Positions 9,004-19,516 of a stretch of DNA of 64,000 nucleotides are shown piece by piece. The DNA is taken from NCBI GenBank assembly GCA_944349895.1, contig CALVNQ010000001.1, forward strand, positions 145,461 to 209,460, in the 5' to 3' direction. Origin of the DNA: an uncultured Clostridia bacterium. Lineage in GTDB: Bacteria > Bacillota > Clostridia > Christensenellales > UBA1242. The notes under the pieces were generated by a model. That model saw nothing but the letters and a program-made list of their open reading frames with translations. It was not told the DNA's origin and did no database searches. Both the position numbers and the translations under genes were made by a program. Position 1 is the stretch's first letter. Each line of letters starts with the position of its first letter.

Positions 9004-9532
9004 TTTGTTGCCCTCTTTTTTTGTAAATGTAAAATCCTATAAAAGAAATTATAGCACCTATTATAGCCCCAACCAATATATCTGTCAAATAATGCAAGCC
9101 TAGATATAATCTAGAAAGGCATATCAATAAAACAAACACCGAACTAAATATTATAAAAAAAACTCTAAAAAATTTTTTATTGGTAATTTTAAAAATAAAA
9201 TAACATAAAAATAAAGCCATAATTACAGAACATAATGCATGCGAACTCGGCATGCTTTGTCCAAAAGTATTAGTCAAATTCATTATTTGGTTATAAGTAA
9301 CATAAGGCCTTGGCCTATTAATTAATAATTTTAACAAGTAATTAAAACCTACCCCAAATAAAAAACAAAATGCAAACAAAAAAGAAACTTTTTTATTTAT
9401 GCAAAAAAATAACAAAAACAAAATCGCAAAACCCAAATAGCTCCCGAATAAAGAAATGATTTCAAAAAAACTTGTCAAATTATCATTAGCAATAGATTGT
9501 AAAGCTACAATAATATTAACTTCAAACTGCAT
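8993..9532 (-). CDS. PAP2-family phosphatase (BcrC/undecaprenyl-diphosphatase-like membrane protein)
   Basis: The three PAP2 motifs are present: KLLINRPRP, PSSHA and SRLYLGLHYLTD. The protein is polytopic. Confidence 0.75.
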   Translation of the reverse strand: MQFEVNIIVALQSIANDNLTSFFEIISLFGSYLGFAILFLLFFCINKKVSFLFAFCFLFGVGFNYLLKLLINRPRPYVTYNQIMNLTNTFGQSMPSSHALCSVIMALFLCYFIFKITNKKFFRVFFIIFSSVFVLLICLSRLYLGLHYLTDILVGAIIGAIISFIGFYIYKKRGQQNDL

Positions 9533-9572
9533 ATATATATTTTATCAAAAAGAATAAAAAAAACCAAGAAAA

Positions 9573-10166
9573 TTATTCTGAAATTTTTTTCGCAACTGCA
9601 ACACCATCTTCGAACTCTAACAATTTAAAATCAAAATTTGAATCGTTTGAAAGATCTAATAAAAATTTTCTTAAATTAGTAACTATGGTTCTGTGTTTAT
9701 GTTTTACAGGACCGTTTTGCTTTACATACCCATGAAATAAAACATCATCTGCGACAAGGAAGCCTCCAATTGACAAAATTTTTTTTAATAGAGGCAAATA
9801 TTTAAAATATTGACCTTTTGGGCCATCTAAAAAAATTAAATCAAATTTTAATTTGTTTTTATACAAACTTTCTAAAACCGAATAACCATCATCACAAATG
9901 ACATTAACTCTAGCTGCGAAACCTTCATCAAAAAAAGTTTTCTTTGCTTGTGCGACAGCAAATTCATCACAATCAATTGTTGTCAGAAAAGCATCTTCTG
10001 ATTGAGAAAGCATAAGGCACCCAGAATAACCAAAACAAGTGCCTATTTCTAAAATCTTACGAGGTTTTTGTTTTTTAACCAATTCACATAAAAATTTAGC
10101 GCTTTCTTCTCTAATGATAGGAAGCCATTTTTCCCGAGATAATTTTTTAATTTCTTCTATTTTCAT
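9573..10166 (-). CDS. Class I SAM-dependent O-methyltransferase (family 3, YrrM/TrmR-like)
   Basis: It has SAM motif I (ILEIGTCFGYSG), FLDGPKGQY, and a length of 197 aa. Confidence 0.65.
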   Translation of the reverse strand: MKIEEIKKLSREKWLPIIREESAKFLCELVKKQKPRKILEIGTCFGYSGCLMLSQSEDAFLTTIDCDEFAVAQAKKTFFDEGFAARVNVICDDGYSVLESLYKNKLKFDLIFLDGPKGQYFKYLPLLKKILSIGGFLVADDVLFHGYVKQNGPVKHKHRTIVTNLRKFLLDLSNDSNFDFKLLEFEDGVAVAKKISE

Positions 10167-10167
10167 A

Positions 10168-11823
10168 TTAATCCAAAGTTACAATTGTCAAAATCATAGG
10201 TCTTCTTTTAGTTCTTCTAAAAATGAAATTAGAAATATTTCTTTTTATTGTATTTTTTATAACTGCTGGTTCAGCTCCTCTCAAATCTTGTTCTTTTAAA
10301 GAAGCTATGATTGCAGCTTTAGCATCTTGAACAAATGCCTCCATTTCATCTTGGTAAACCACCCCTCTGGTTATAATAAATGGTTCACTTGATACGCAAC
10401 CACTAACATTATTAATGTTAACCACAACAACGCAGATACCTTCTTCTGAAAGTTGTTTTCTTTCATTAAGAACATTGCTATCCATGTCGCCAATCCCTAT
10501 ACCATCAACTAATCGCTGTCCTGCCGTAACAAAACCACATTGCCTTATTGAATTTTGGCCCAGTTCGACCTGCATACCTAAAGATGGCAAAAGTATGTTT
10601 CTTTGATCCATTCCAAGTTGTTGAGCAAGTAAGGAATGCATTCTTAGATGCCTATACTCCCCATGAACAGGTATAAAGAAAGCTGGTTTAGTAAGAGCAT
10701 GAATGGTTTTTAATTCTTCCTGGCACGCATGTCCTGAAACATGAACTTCTGCCAACTCATCATAAATAACATCTGCGCCCAATTTATATAAAGCATTAAT
10801 AACATTATAAACATACTTTTCATTACCTGGAATAGGAGAAGCAGAAAAAATTATTAAATCATTTTCTCTAAGTTTTATCTTTTTAAATTCGCCAGCGGCC
10901 ATTCTAGTCAACGCACTCATAGGCTCACCTTGACTTCCTGTAGTTACAATTAACAATTCTTTGTCTTCATATTTATCTACTTTATCAATGTCAATAATAT
11001 TTTCTTTATTGTATTTGAGCTCGCCTATTTTCATTGCCACTTCACTAACATTAATCATGCTCCTGCCAGTAAAAGCCACTTTACGTTTATGTTTTTCAGC
11101 TAAATCAAGAATTTGTTGCATTCTGTGAATGTTGGAAGCAAAAGTTGCAACAAAAAGTCTTTTTGAAGGATTCCTTTCAAAAATTTCATCAAGCGTTCTC
11201 CCAACAGATCTTTCGCTCATTGAGTAACCTTTTCTGCAAACATTGGTACTTTCGCAGAGTAATAATTTAACTCCCCTTTTACCTAATTCACCAAACCTAG
11301 CTAAATCTGTCATAACACCATCAATTGGTTCAAAATCTATTTTAAAATCACCAGTATGAACAATATTCCCGGCAGGCGTAGTAATACATAGAGCTAAAGC
11401 TCCTGCTATGGAATGGCTTACCTTTATAAATTCAATGGTGAAAGAACCCAATTTTAAAACATTTTTTGGTTTTACTGAAATGGCTTTATATTTAATTTTT
11501 TCAAATTCTTTCATTTTGCTTTCAACCAATGCAAGAGTAAGCCTTGATCCATAAATAGGCACATTAACTTGACCAAGTACAAAAGGAAGGGCTCCTATAT
11601 GATCTTCATGTCCGTGAGTCAATATAACAGCTTTTACCTTATCCTTATTTGCAATTAGATAACTAATATCAGGAATAACGATATCGACTCCCGGTAACTC
11701 TTCTCCTGGGAAAGTCAATCCAGCATCAATAACGATTATTTCATTTTCATATTCAATGGCAGTCATATTTTTACCAATTTCACCCACACCACCAAGGAAG
11801 GTGATTTTAACTTTATTATTCAT
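10168..11823 (-). CDS. rnj: Ribonuclease J
   Basis: The 551-aa protein has the metallo-beta-lactamase motif HGHEDHIGALPF followed by beta-CASP-like and C-terminal domains. It starts MNNKVKITFLGGVGEIGKN. Confidence 0.9.
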   Translation of the reverse strand: MNNKVKITFLGGVGEIGKNMTAIEYENEIIVIDAGLTFPGEELPGVDIVIPDISYLIANKDKVKAVILTHGHEDHIGALPFVLGQVNVPIYGSRLTLALVESKMKEFEKIKYKAISVKPKNVLKLGSFTIEFIKVSHSIAGALALCITTPAGNIVHTGDFKIDFEPIDGVMTDLARFGELGKRGVKLLLCESTNVCRKGYSMSERSVGRTLDEIFERNPSKRLFVATFASNIHRMQQILDLAEKHKRKVAFTGRSMINVSEVAMKIGELKYNKENIIDIDKVDKYEDKELLIVTTGSQGEPMSALTRMAAGEFKKIKLRENDLIIFSASPIPGNEKYVYNVINALYKLGADVIYDELAEVHVSGHACQEELKTIHALTKPAFFIPVHGEYRHLRMHSLLAQQLGMDQRNILLPSLGMQVELGQNSIRQCGFVTAGQRLVDGIGIGDMDSNVLNERKQLSEEGICVVVVNINNVSGCVSSEPFIITRGVVYQDEMEAFVQDAKAAIIASLKEQDLRGAEPAVIKNTIKRNISNFIFRRTKRRPMILTIVTLD

Positions 11824-11900
11824 TTTTCTCCTTTTAAAAATATAAAATTATACGACTTATAAGTCGATATATTAAATTTAAACATTTACTTTGCCATATG

Positions 11901-12827
11901 TTACAGCAAAAACTTAGCTTTTGTTATTGTGTCTTGTTCTTCTAATTTTTTTGAAGATAAAATGGTATCTTTATCTAAATAATAACGCATACCTTGGCAA
12001 TCAAAGAAATTCATTGTTTCAAAAATAGAGGCAGTAATACTAACTGTTGGAACTATAATAATAAGGCTAAAAATACCGAATCCAAAAGCGAGCAAAAGTG
12101 AGAAGAAATAAATGCAAAGAGCAAAAATTGTCGATCTACCAAATCCTCTAAATGTTGCTTTAATTCCAATTCCAAAACCTTTGTAAACATTTTCTCCGTA
12201 AACTATCATTGCTGGAGCCCAACCAAGAATTAATATAAGTTTGAGAGCCAAAATAAAAGTGGCACAAACTATGAATACAATTGGCATGACTATAATGAAA
12301 GCTTCATTAGAAATTGTTAAAAGTAAGTAAAAAACGAAAAGAGTCAAAAAATTGAAAGGTAAACAAAATAAAGTTCTAAAAAAAGCATAACCGATGGACT
12401 TTTTAAGAGTTTTGACAAAAGTGGAAGCAAATCCCATTTTCGTATAACTTGACATGAACCCATACATCATTTCATTGACAACATATCTGCCAATTGCCAT
12501 AAGCATAGGTTTAATTAAAAACAAAATAATTGCTAAATAAACTCCAACAGCTGTGTAAGAAACAAAAAGGGTTTCGACCAAAGAAAGTATAATAACAAAA
12601 ATCACAGCAAAAACAGGAGCTACGTTTTTCCCATAGAACATTCCAGCCGATGCAAAATTGATGAACAAATCATCATTCCAAACAGATAAAATAAGTTCTT
12701 TTAAAATATTATAACATGGAGCTATCAAAGCTATAACAAAAAGCCAAACAATGACACGATAAAAAACCAGTTTCCATGTCTTATCAAAATTAGCAAAAGA
12801 AATTTTCAAATAATTTTTAAAATTCAT
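11901..12827 (-). CDS. Polytopic membrane protein of unknown function
   Basis: The 308-aa protein has about 7-8 hydrophobic segments and no motif I recognise. Confidence 0.5.
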   Translation of the reverse strand: MNFKNYLKISFANFDKTWKLVFYRVIVWLFVIALIAPCYNILKELILSVWNDDLFINFASAGMFYGKNVAPVFAVIFVIILSLVETLFVSYTAVGVYLAIILFLIKPMLMAIGRYVVNEMMYGFMSSYTKMGFASTFVKTLKKSIGYAFFRTLFCLPFNFLTLFVFYLLLTISNEAFIIVMPIVFIVCATFILALKLILILGWAPAMIVYGENVYKGFGIGIKATFRGFGRSTIFALCIYFFSLLLAFGFGIFSLIIIVPTVSITASIFETMNFFDCQGMRYYLDKDTILSSKKLEEQDTITKAKFLL

Positions 12828-12901
12828 ATAAACTTTTCCTCTTTTAATTATAGCAAAAGTTTATCTTTTAATCAACTAAAAATAAACACGAAAAAATAAT
12901 A

Positions 12902-13372
12902 TTAAATGCTAATATCTAAAATTTTATATTTTACTTCGCCATTTGGAGTATTAATTACAACAGATTCTCCAACTTTGTGGCCTATTAATCCTGCACCAAC
13001 TGGAGATTCATTTGAGATAAGGCCATTTGCTGGATCGCTCTCATCAGAACCTACAATTTTATATTCTACTTCTTCATCAAATTCTTCATCATAAAGCTTA
13101 ACCTTTGTTCCGATATTAACTTTTGAAACATCTATATCTGATTTTTTTATAATGATAGCATTTAATAAAGTATCTTCAATTTCAGCAATTTGAGATTCCA
13201 AAAGAGCCTGCTCTTCCTTAGCTGAATCATATTCAGAATTTTCAGAAAGATCCCCAAATTCTCTCGCCAAACCAATCTTTTTGACCACTTCTGGTCTTTT
13301 AACAGTCTTAAGATATTGGAGTTTTTCTTCAAGTTGTTTTTTACCCTCAGGTGTCAAATATTTAGCTGGCAT
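12902..13372 (-). CDS. greA: Transcription elongation factor GreA
   Basis: It has the GDLSENSEYDSAKEEQ motif and is 156 aa long. Confidence 0.9.
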   Translation of the reverse strand: MPAKYLTPEGKKQLEEKLQYLKTVKRPEVVKKIGLAREFGDLSENSEYDSAKEEQALLESQIAEIEDTLLNAIIIKKSDIDVSKVNIGTKVKLYDEEFDEEVEYKIVGSDESDPANGLISNESPVGAGLIGHKVGESVVINTPNGEVKYKILDISI

Positions 13373-13502
13373 ATTACCCCTCCAAATTACAGAATAATGA
13401 TATTATATGCATAAAAAACAAAAAAGTCAATCAAATTAATAAAATTTTTAAATAAAGAATTAATAAGAAAAATTATCACATAATATTCAAAAAGGAGGGA
13501 TT

Positions 13503-13907
13503 ATGATAACGTTTCTAGCATTTGCATTAACAATTGCGGGTTGTGTCAATTGGCTACTTATTGGTCTTTTACAATATGATTTCGTAGCAGGAATTTTTGG
13601 TTACCAAGGCAGTATATTTTCACGTTTAGTCTATATAGTGATTGGAGCCGGGGCTTTATTTCTAGTTGTAAAATTATTTATTGATAAAGGTTCAATACAT
13701 GTATGGGGTTCCAAAAAAAGAAAAAAAGAAATGTTGCAGACAGCTCAAATTTCACAAAATATTGAAGCTTCAAAAGAAGATATGCGCAGAAAAGAAACCG
13801 GTTATAATGAACACAGCAACATAAATGACAATTATGATTATAATAATTATAATAAAGGAAATAACCATCAGCAAAGTTTTTTTGATGAACATTTAGACAG
13901 AAAATAA
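13503..13907 (+). CDS. DUF378-type small membrane protein with an N/Y-rich C-terminal extension
   Basis: The N-terminus has two TM helices (GCVNWLLIGLLQYDFVAGIFG). The tail is low-complexity (NDNYDYNNYNKGNNHQQ). Confidence 0.55.
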   Translation: MITFLAFALTIAGCVNWLLIGLLQYDFVAGIFGYQGSIFSRLVYIVIGAGALFLVVKLFIDKGSIHVWGSKKRKKEMLQTAQISQNIEASKEDMRRKETGYNEHSNINDNYDYNNYNKGNNHQQSFFDEHLDRK

Positions 13908-13949
13908 TTTGACATTTTATTTTGACAATGTTAATATTTTGCAAATGAG

Positions 13950-15455
13950 GTGAAAATGATAACATTAGTCATATTAGATGGTTTTGGAATAAATAAAAAA
14001 AGATTTGGGAATGCGATAAAAGCATCTGGAACCCCATATTTAAAAAAGCTTAAAAAAAAATATTCTCATTGCCAACTATTAGCGAGTGGCAGCGCTGTCG
14101 GTTTGCCTGAAGGGCAAATGGGAAATTCAGAAGTTGGGCACTTAACTTTAGGAGCTGGAAGAATAATATTACAAAATCTTGAAAAAATAAATCAATCAAT
14201 AACTGATGGGTCTTTTTTTGAAAATAAGAATTTGTTAAAAGCGATAGAATTTGCCAAACAAAACAAATCATCTTTACATTTAATAGGACTGTTATCAGAT
14301 GGTGGGGTCCATTCACACATAAATCATTTGAAAGCAATTTTGAAATTAGCAATAGAAAATAATTTAGAAAAAATATATGTGCATGTTATAACAGATGGAA
14401 GAGACACAGGAATAAATGAAGGCCAATATTTCGTAGAAGATTTAGAAGAATATATTAAAAATACCAACTGTAAAATAGCAACCGTATGTGGCCGAATATA
14501 TATGATGGACAGAGAAAAAAGATATGACCGATTAGAGAAAGCATATAATTTATTGACAAAAGGTGATGGACAAAAATATAATTCATGCCTAGAAGCTATA
14601 AAAGACAATTATAATAATGGAATAACTGATGAATTTATTAATCCAAGCATAATAGATAAAAGTGGAACAATAAAAGACAACGACAGCGTTTTATTTTATA
14701 ACTTTAGAACTGACAGAGCAAGAGAAATAACCTCAGCTTTTGTAGATAACAATTTTAATGAATTCAAAACAAAAAAATATAGAAATTTGTTATTTTCTGC
14801 GATGGAACTATATGATGAAAAATTAAAGAATCTAAATGTCATATTCCCTACGGTAACGGTAGAAGATAACCTTTCAGCAATTATATCTAAAAACAATTTA
14901 ACTCAATACCACATTGCAGAAACAACAAAATATGCTCATGTTACATTTTTCTTTAATGGAATGATAGAAAAAGCATATCCTGGTGAAGAAAGAAAACTAA
15001 TTGATAGCATTGAAACGAAAGATTTCACTCCATACCCAAAAATGAGGGCATTAGAAATAACTTCCAATTCTCTTGATGCGATAGCAAGCAATAAATATGA
15101 TTTTATATTAATAAACTATTCAAACACCGATATGTTAGGTCATACAGGCAATTTTAATTCAGCAAAAGAATCTGCCGAATGTGTTGATAAGCAAGCTTAT
15201 GCCATAGCACTTGCCACATTAATGGCTAATGGAACATGTATAATAACAGCCGACCATGGCAATGCTGAACTTATGTATGACAAATTTGGTAACAAAATAA
15301 CTTCACATACATCAAATAAAGTTCCGTTTATAATAGTGAGCAAAAACAAAATAAAAATAAAAAATAAAAAAGGATCAATAGCAAACGTTGCCCCAACTAT
15401 TCTAAAATTATTAGGTATTGAAATACCTAAAAGCATGAATCCTCCACTAATATAA
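13950..15455 (+). CDS. gpmI: 2,3-bisphosphoglycerate-independent phosphoglycerate mutase
   Basis: It carries MGNSEVGHL (catalytic Ser), TDGRDT and ADHGNAE, and is 501 aa long. Confidence 0.9.
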   Translation: MKMITLVILDGFGINKKRFGNAIKASGTPYLKKLKKKYSHCQLLASGSAVGLPEGQMGNSEVGHLTLGAGRIILQNLEKINQSITDGSFFENKNLLKAIEFAKQNKSSLHLIGLLSDGGVHSHINHLKAILKLAIENNLEKIYVHVITDGRDTGINEGQYFVEDLEEYIKNTNCKIATVCGRIYMMDREKRYDRLEKAYNLLTKGDGQKYNSCLEAIKDNYNNGITDEFINPSIIDKSGTIKDNDSVLFYNFRTDRAREITSAFVDNNFNEFKTKKYRNLLFSAMELYDEKLKNLNVIFPTVTVEDNLSAIISKNNLTQYHIAETTKYAHVTFFFNGMIEKAYPGEERKLIDSIETKDFTPYPKMRALEITSNSLDAIASNKYDFILINYSNTDMLGHTGNFNSAKESAECVDKQAYAIALATLMANGTCIITADHGNAELMYDKFGNKITSHTSNKVPFIIVSKNKIKIKNKKGSIANVAPTILKLLGIEIPKSMNPPLI

Positions 15456-15457
15456 AA

Positions 15458-15488
15458 AAATTATAACTATCACGTTATAATTTTTTTT
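15458..15488. terminator. Bidirectional intrinsic terminator after gpmI
   Basis: Stem AAATTATAAC pairs with GTTATAATTT around loop TATCAC and is followed by T8. Confidence 0.7.
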
Positions 15489-15493
15489 ATTTA

Positions 15494-16162
15494 TTAAAAA
15501 GTTAAACCAGGTTCATCATAATTTAAATGCGATTCAATCTTCTCTTCATAATTTGTTATATCCTGAATACTAACTTCATAAGCAGTTTTCTCGTAAGGAA
15601 CATCGTCTATAACTTTATTATATCTTCTTGACTGAATTCTTCCAACAATTCCAACTTTATCTCCTACTCTAAAGTTTTTAGCAAACAATGCATTTCTTCC
15701 CCAAGCAATAAGAGGAATATAATCCGATTTTTTAAAAAAAGGTCTGTTAACTGCTAACAAAATGTCATTAATTTGTCTTTTAAAAGGCGTCTCTCTAAAT
15801 ATGGGTGGTTTACAAACAAAACCTGAAAGTTCTATTTGATTAACATCCAAATTATCAGTTCTTTCAGCCACATCTTTACAAAAAACAGATAAAATTAACT
15901 TGCTTCTACCATTTTCTTCAAAATTATGTGATCTGAATTCTCCCGAGATTTCAATGGGTGCACCTTTATCAAAATTTAATTTGCTAGAAGCCATAAGAAA
16001 TTCTGAAATGGTAACTGGAATTGAATCAACCACCCCAGATAAACGCTGAACATCAACAACTAAATTAAAAAACTTCTCTCCCCCATATAATTCATGACTA
16101 AAAACTGGTGACGATGATACCGTCCCTGAAAGTAAAACCGAATTTGTCTTTTCGTAATCCAT
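15494..16162 (-). CDS. Tandem OB-fold, SSB-like protein
   Basis: Two segments with an SSB-like beta pattern are present (LSGTVSS...FNLVVDV...ISGEFRSH and LSGFVCKP...LLAVNR...GRIQSRRY). I place the start at MDYEKTN with AAAAGGAG upstream. The C-terminus reads YDEPGLTF. Confidence 0.5.
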   Translation of the reverse strand: MDYEKTNSVLLSGTVSSSPVFSHELYGGEKFFNLVVDVQRLSGVVDSIPVTISEFLMASSKLNFDKGAPIEISGEFRSHNFEENGRSKLILSVFCKDVAERTDNLDVNQIELSGFVCKPPIFRETPFKRQINDILLAVNRPFFKKSDYIPLIAWGRNALFAKNFRVGDKVGIVGRIQSRRYNKVIDDVPYEKTAYEVSIQDITNYEEKIESHLNYDEPGLTF

Positions 16163-16178
16163 ATTAAATTTTCTCCTT

Positions 16179-16943
16179 TTATTTTTCGTGTTGCACGCCA
16201 TTTCTATCTACCTCAAAATTATCCTTATAAACAAGTTCACCAACACTTGTTATTTTATAACCTTGCATAGTGAGACGATCAAGAATCATCCTTAGTCCTT
16301 CAAGAATATTATCAGAATTGTTATGCATTAAAACAATAGACCCATTTTTAACATTTTTCACTACTCTATTGCACATTTCTGTTGCAGAAATACCTTTCCA
16401 ATCTAAAGTATCAACATCCCACTGAATAGTCATTAAATTCAATTCTTGAGCCTTTTCAATCAAAGTGTTGTTATAGGAGCCAAAAGGTGCTCTGAAAAGA
16501 TTTACATTTTTGTTGGTGATGTCTTCAATTTTTTTAATGGAGGTTTTGAGCTCATTTTCAATAGAGTTAGCATCAAGTTTAACCATATCTGGGTGTTTAT
16601 TAGAATGTGTACCAATCTCCATGCCAGACTCATCGATTTTTTTAACCATATCAGGGTATTCGTCAACCCAAAATCCGACTAAAAAGAAAGTGGCAGTAAC
16701 GTTATACTCTTTGAGAATTTCCAAAATGCCTTCAGTTTTATCTGCACCCCAAGCAGCATCAAAAGAAATGGCGACTTGTTTTTCATCTGTTTCAACAGAA
16801 TAAATAGGAACCAATCTTGTGGAGTATCCGAAAAAAACTTCGGCAAGACGAGCTCCACTGAAACTAATAGTGAGTAAAACGCAAACTATTATCATTACAA
16901 TAACAATTTTTATTGTTCTCGATTTAACAACTGCAAAATGCAT
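16179..16943 (-). CDS. Polysaccharide (peptidoglycan) deacetylase, NodB family, membrane-anchored
   Basis: An N-terminal TM helix is followed by SFDAAWG, HSNKHP and WDVDTLDW blocks. Confidence 0.8.
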   Translation of the reverse strand: MHFAVVKSRTIKIVIVMIIVCVLLTISFSGARLAEVFFGYSTRLVPIYSVETDEKQVAISFDAAWGADKTEGILEILKEYNVTATFFLVGFWVDEYPDMVKKIDESGMEIGTHSNKHPDMVKLDANSIENELKTSIKKIEDITNKNVNLFRAPFGSYNNTLIEKAQELNLMTIQWDVDTLDWKGISATEMCNRVVKNVKNGSIVLMHNNSDNILEGLRMILDRLTMQGYKITSVGELVYKDNFEVDRNGVQHEK

Positions 16944-17087
16944 GCAAACCTCGCTTTTAATAATACAAAATTTAGCTTAACTGCTCAAATTAATGCATTG
17001 AAATAATTTGTCTAGTTCAATCGACTAATGTCGAATAAGAAAGCTTAATTTACTTTATTAAAAAAGAATAAAAAATATGTCAAAAAA

Positions 17088-17120
17088 AGAGTATGACAAC
17101 AAAATCATACTCTTTTTAAT
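17088..17120. terminator. Intrinsic terminator downstream of the topoisomerase operon
   Basis: Stem AAGAGTATGA (17088-17097) pairs with TCATACTCTT (17106-17115), with T/A runs on both sides. Confidence 0.7.
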
Positions 17121-17132
17121 TAAAATGAAATA

Positions 17133-19511
17133 TTAACAAAAAGCATAAACACCTAAAAATTTCTTTTTAATTATCGGTTCTCCAGATGACAATCTTTCTG
17201 ATGCTTTAAATTTTTTAGTTTCTAAAGGTAAAATTTTCAACCCAAAGTCAACTGCTAAAACAGAAGAAATATTATCTGAAGATGCAAAAATCACCTTACT
17301 GTTGTTTGCAAGTGAAAAATATTTTAATCCTTTTCTATATCGTGAAGCTAAAGGAAATTTTTCACATTCAATTTTCTTAACAAATCCGTCAGAAGAAACG
17401 GTTATAATGGAATTGTTTTTCAAAATTAATCCAGCAAAAATCAAAGTATCCCCATCTTCAATGTTAATGCCTTTGACGCCAATAGATATTCTTCCTTGCA
17501 AAGGAACTTCAGTTGGGTCAAAGGAAAGGCTCATGCCACTTTCTGAAAGCATGAGAACTTTGGCGTCTGGCATTAAATATTCAACATTCAAAAGTTCATC
17601 TTTATCTTGAATTTTTAAAGCTTGATAATAAGATTTCTGTGTTAAAGTATCGGCTAATGTGGATCTTTTAATCATTGCCTTTTTACTAAAGAATAAAATT
17701 TCATTAGCTTTACCAGAAATTAGAATCTTAACAGGTTTCTCAGTGACTAATGAAGAGTTATCTAACTGATTCATTGAAAAACCAGGGTCCCTCCATTTAC
17801 ATTCTTTAATTTTATCAACAGAGATTTTTAAAACATTACCCATATTAGAAAAAACTAAAACGGTATCAGAAGAAGAAGCTTCAATAATCTGGGTGTGGAC
17901 ATCAGTTAACGAAGAAGAATCATTCAAGCTCTTATTTGACATTGAATAATTTTTAACAGTAACTTTCTTAATTGTTCCTCCTGCAGTCAAAGCTAAAATA
18001 TAATTTTGACTGGAAGAAACTTGATTGTCCACTTCGCAAATTTTTACATCAGCGTTCTTTAAAATATGACTTTTTCTTGGTGATCCAAAAGACTTTTTAA
18101 TTTCAAGCAATTCTTTTTTAATAACATCATTTTGAAGAGTTTTGCTAGCCAAAATTTTAGATAAATTATCTATGATTTGAATCAGTTCACTTAGCTCAGC
18201 CTTAAGTTTATCCTCCTCAAGATTAACTAACCTTGCAAGACGCATATCCATAATAGCTTGAGTTTGTTTTTCAGAAAAAGAAAACTTTGCTTTTAAGCGT
18301 AATTTTGCTTCTGATACTGTGGGACTTGATTTAATAATTTTTATAACGGCATCAATATTTGCAATTGCTTTTAGTAATCCTTCAACAATATGGGCTCTTT
18401 CTTTAGCAGCATTTAAATCAAATTTGGTACGTCGGATAATAATTTCTCTCTGATAGTCAGCATAATAAGAAATAATATCCATCAGTCCAAGTAGTTTAGG
18501 TTTACCACCAGCTATTGCCACCATATTGATTGCATATGAAACTTGCAAGTTAGTAGATTTAAAAAGTATCTCTAAGACTTTTTTAGGATTGGCCTCTTTT
18601 TTTAATTTAATTATGGCTCTCATACCATTTTTATCACTTTCATCTCTTATTTCACTAATAACAGAAAGCTTATCCTTATTGGAATCTTTTAATTCAACAA
18701 TTTTCTGAAGTAAAGCAGATTTATTAACTTGATAAGGAATTTCAGTAATAATCAAATTGCATTTATCGCCATTAGACTCGATCCCAACCTTTGCTCTAAT
18801 AGTTATTTTACCTTTACCAGTAGCGTAAGCGGTTTTTAAACCTTCATCAAAAATAAGTTCTCCCCCTGTGGGAAAATCAGGTCCTTTAATAATTGACATC
18901 ATTTGTTCGAGGTTGATCCTAGGGTTATTAATATACGCCACCACTCCATCAATGACTTCACCTAAGTTATGAGGAGGAATATTAGTCGCAACACCAACAG
19001 CGATACCTGAAGCACCGTTTACAAGAAGATTTGGGAATCTTCCCGGCAAAATATCAGGTTCCTTTAACGTATCATCAAAATTTAAACTCCATTTAACAGT
19101 ATCTTTTTCAATATCTCTTAATAATTCCATAGCAAGAGGAGCAAGTCTCGCTTCAGTGTAACGCATAGCGGCCGGACTATCCCCGTCAACCGAACCAAAA
19201 TTACCATGGCCATCAACAAGTGGGGCTCTTAAAACAAAATCTTGACTCATTCTGACCATAGCATCATAAACAGAACTGTCGCCATGTGGATGATATTTAC
19301 CCATACAATCACCGACAATTCTAGCAGATTTTCTATAAGGTTTTTCTGGCTGTAATCCAAGTTCCATCATAGAATATAGAATTCTTCTTTGAACAGGCTT
19401 TAATCCGTCTTCAACTCTCGGCAAGGCACGATCCAAAACAACATGTTCAGTATAAGGGATCATGGAATCATGCAAAACTTCATCAAGCGATTTATATATA
19501 ATTTCTTCCAT
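17133..19511 (-). CDS. parC: Type IIA topoisomerase subunit A, probably topoisomerase IV ParC
   Basis: It carries [14 protein letters not shown] and [18 protein letters not shown]. As I recall, KPVQRR is typical of ParC and KPVHRR of GyrA. I see no GyrA-box (QRRGGKG) in the C-terminal domain. The length is 792 aa. Confidence 0.65.
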   Translation of the reverse strand: MEEIIYKSLDEVLHDSMIPYTEHVVLDRALPRVEDGLKPVQRRILYSMMELGLQPEKPYRKSARIVGDCMGKYHPHGDSSVYDAMVRMSQDFVLRAPLVDGHGNFGSVDGDSPAAMRYTEARLAPLAMELLRDIEKDTVKWSLNFDDTLKEPDILPGRFPNLLVNGASGIAVGVATNIPPHNLGEVIDGVVAYINNPRINLEQMMSIIKGPDFPTGGELIFDEGLKTAYATGKGKITIRAKVGIESNGDKCNLIITEIPYQVNKSALLQKIVELKDSNKDKLSVISEIRDESDKNGMRAIIKLKKEANPKKVLEILFKSTNLQVSYAINMVAIAGGKPKLLGLMDIISYYADYQREIIIRRTKFDLNAAKERAHIVEGLLKAIANIDAVIKIIKSSPTVSEAKLRLKAKFSFSEKQTQAIMDMRLARLVNLEEDKLKAELSELIQIIDNLSKILASKTLQNDVIKKELLEIKKSFGSPRKSHILKNADVKICEVDNQVSSSQNYILALTAGGTIKKVTVKNYSMSNKSLNDSSSLTDVHTQIIEASSSDTVLVFSNMGNVLKISVDKIKECKWRDPGFSMNQLDNSSLVTEKPVKILISGKANEILFFSKKAMIKRSTLADTLTQKSYYQALKIQDKDELLNVEYLMPDAKVLMLSESGMSLSFDPTEVPLQGRISIGVKGINIEDGDTLIFAGLILKNNSIITVSSDGFVKKIECEKFPLASRYRKGLKYFSLANNSKVIFASSDNISSVLAVDFGLKILPLETKKFKASERLSSGEPIIKKKFLGVYAFC

Positions 19512-19516
19512 AAAAA

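Noticed and set aside
11853-11866. A perfect 14-nt palindrome CGACTTATAAGTCG between a membrane-protein gene and rnj.
   Set aside because: It is too short and has no loop, so it is not a convincing terminator. I recognise no known operator consensus. It may be a protein-binding site, but there is no further support.
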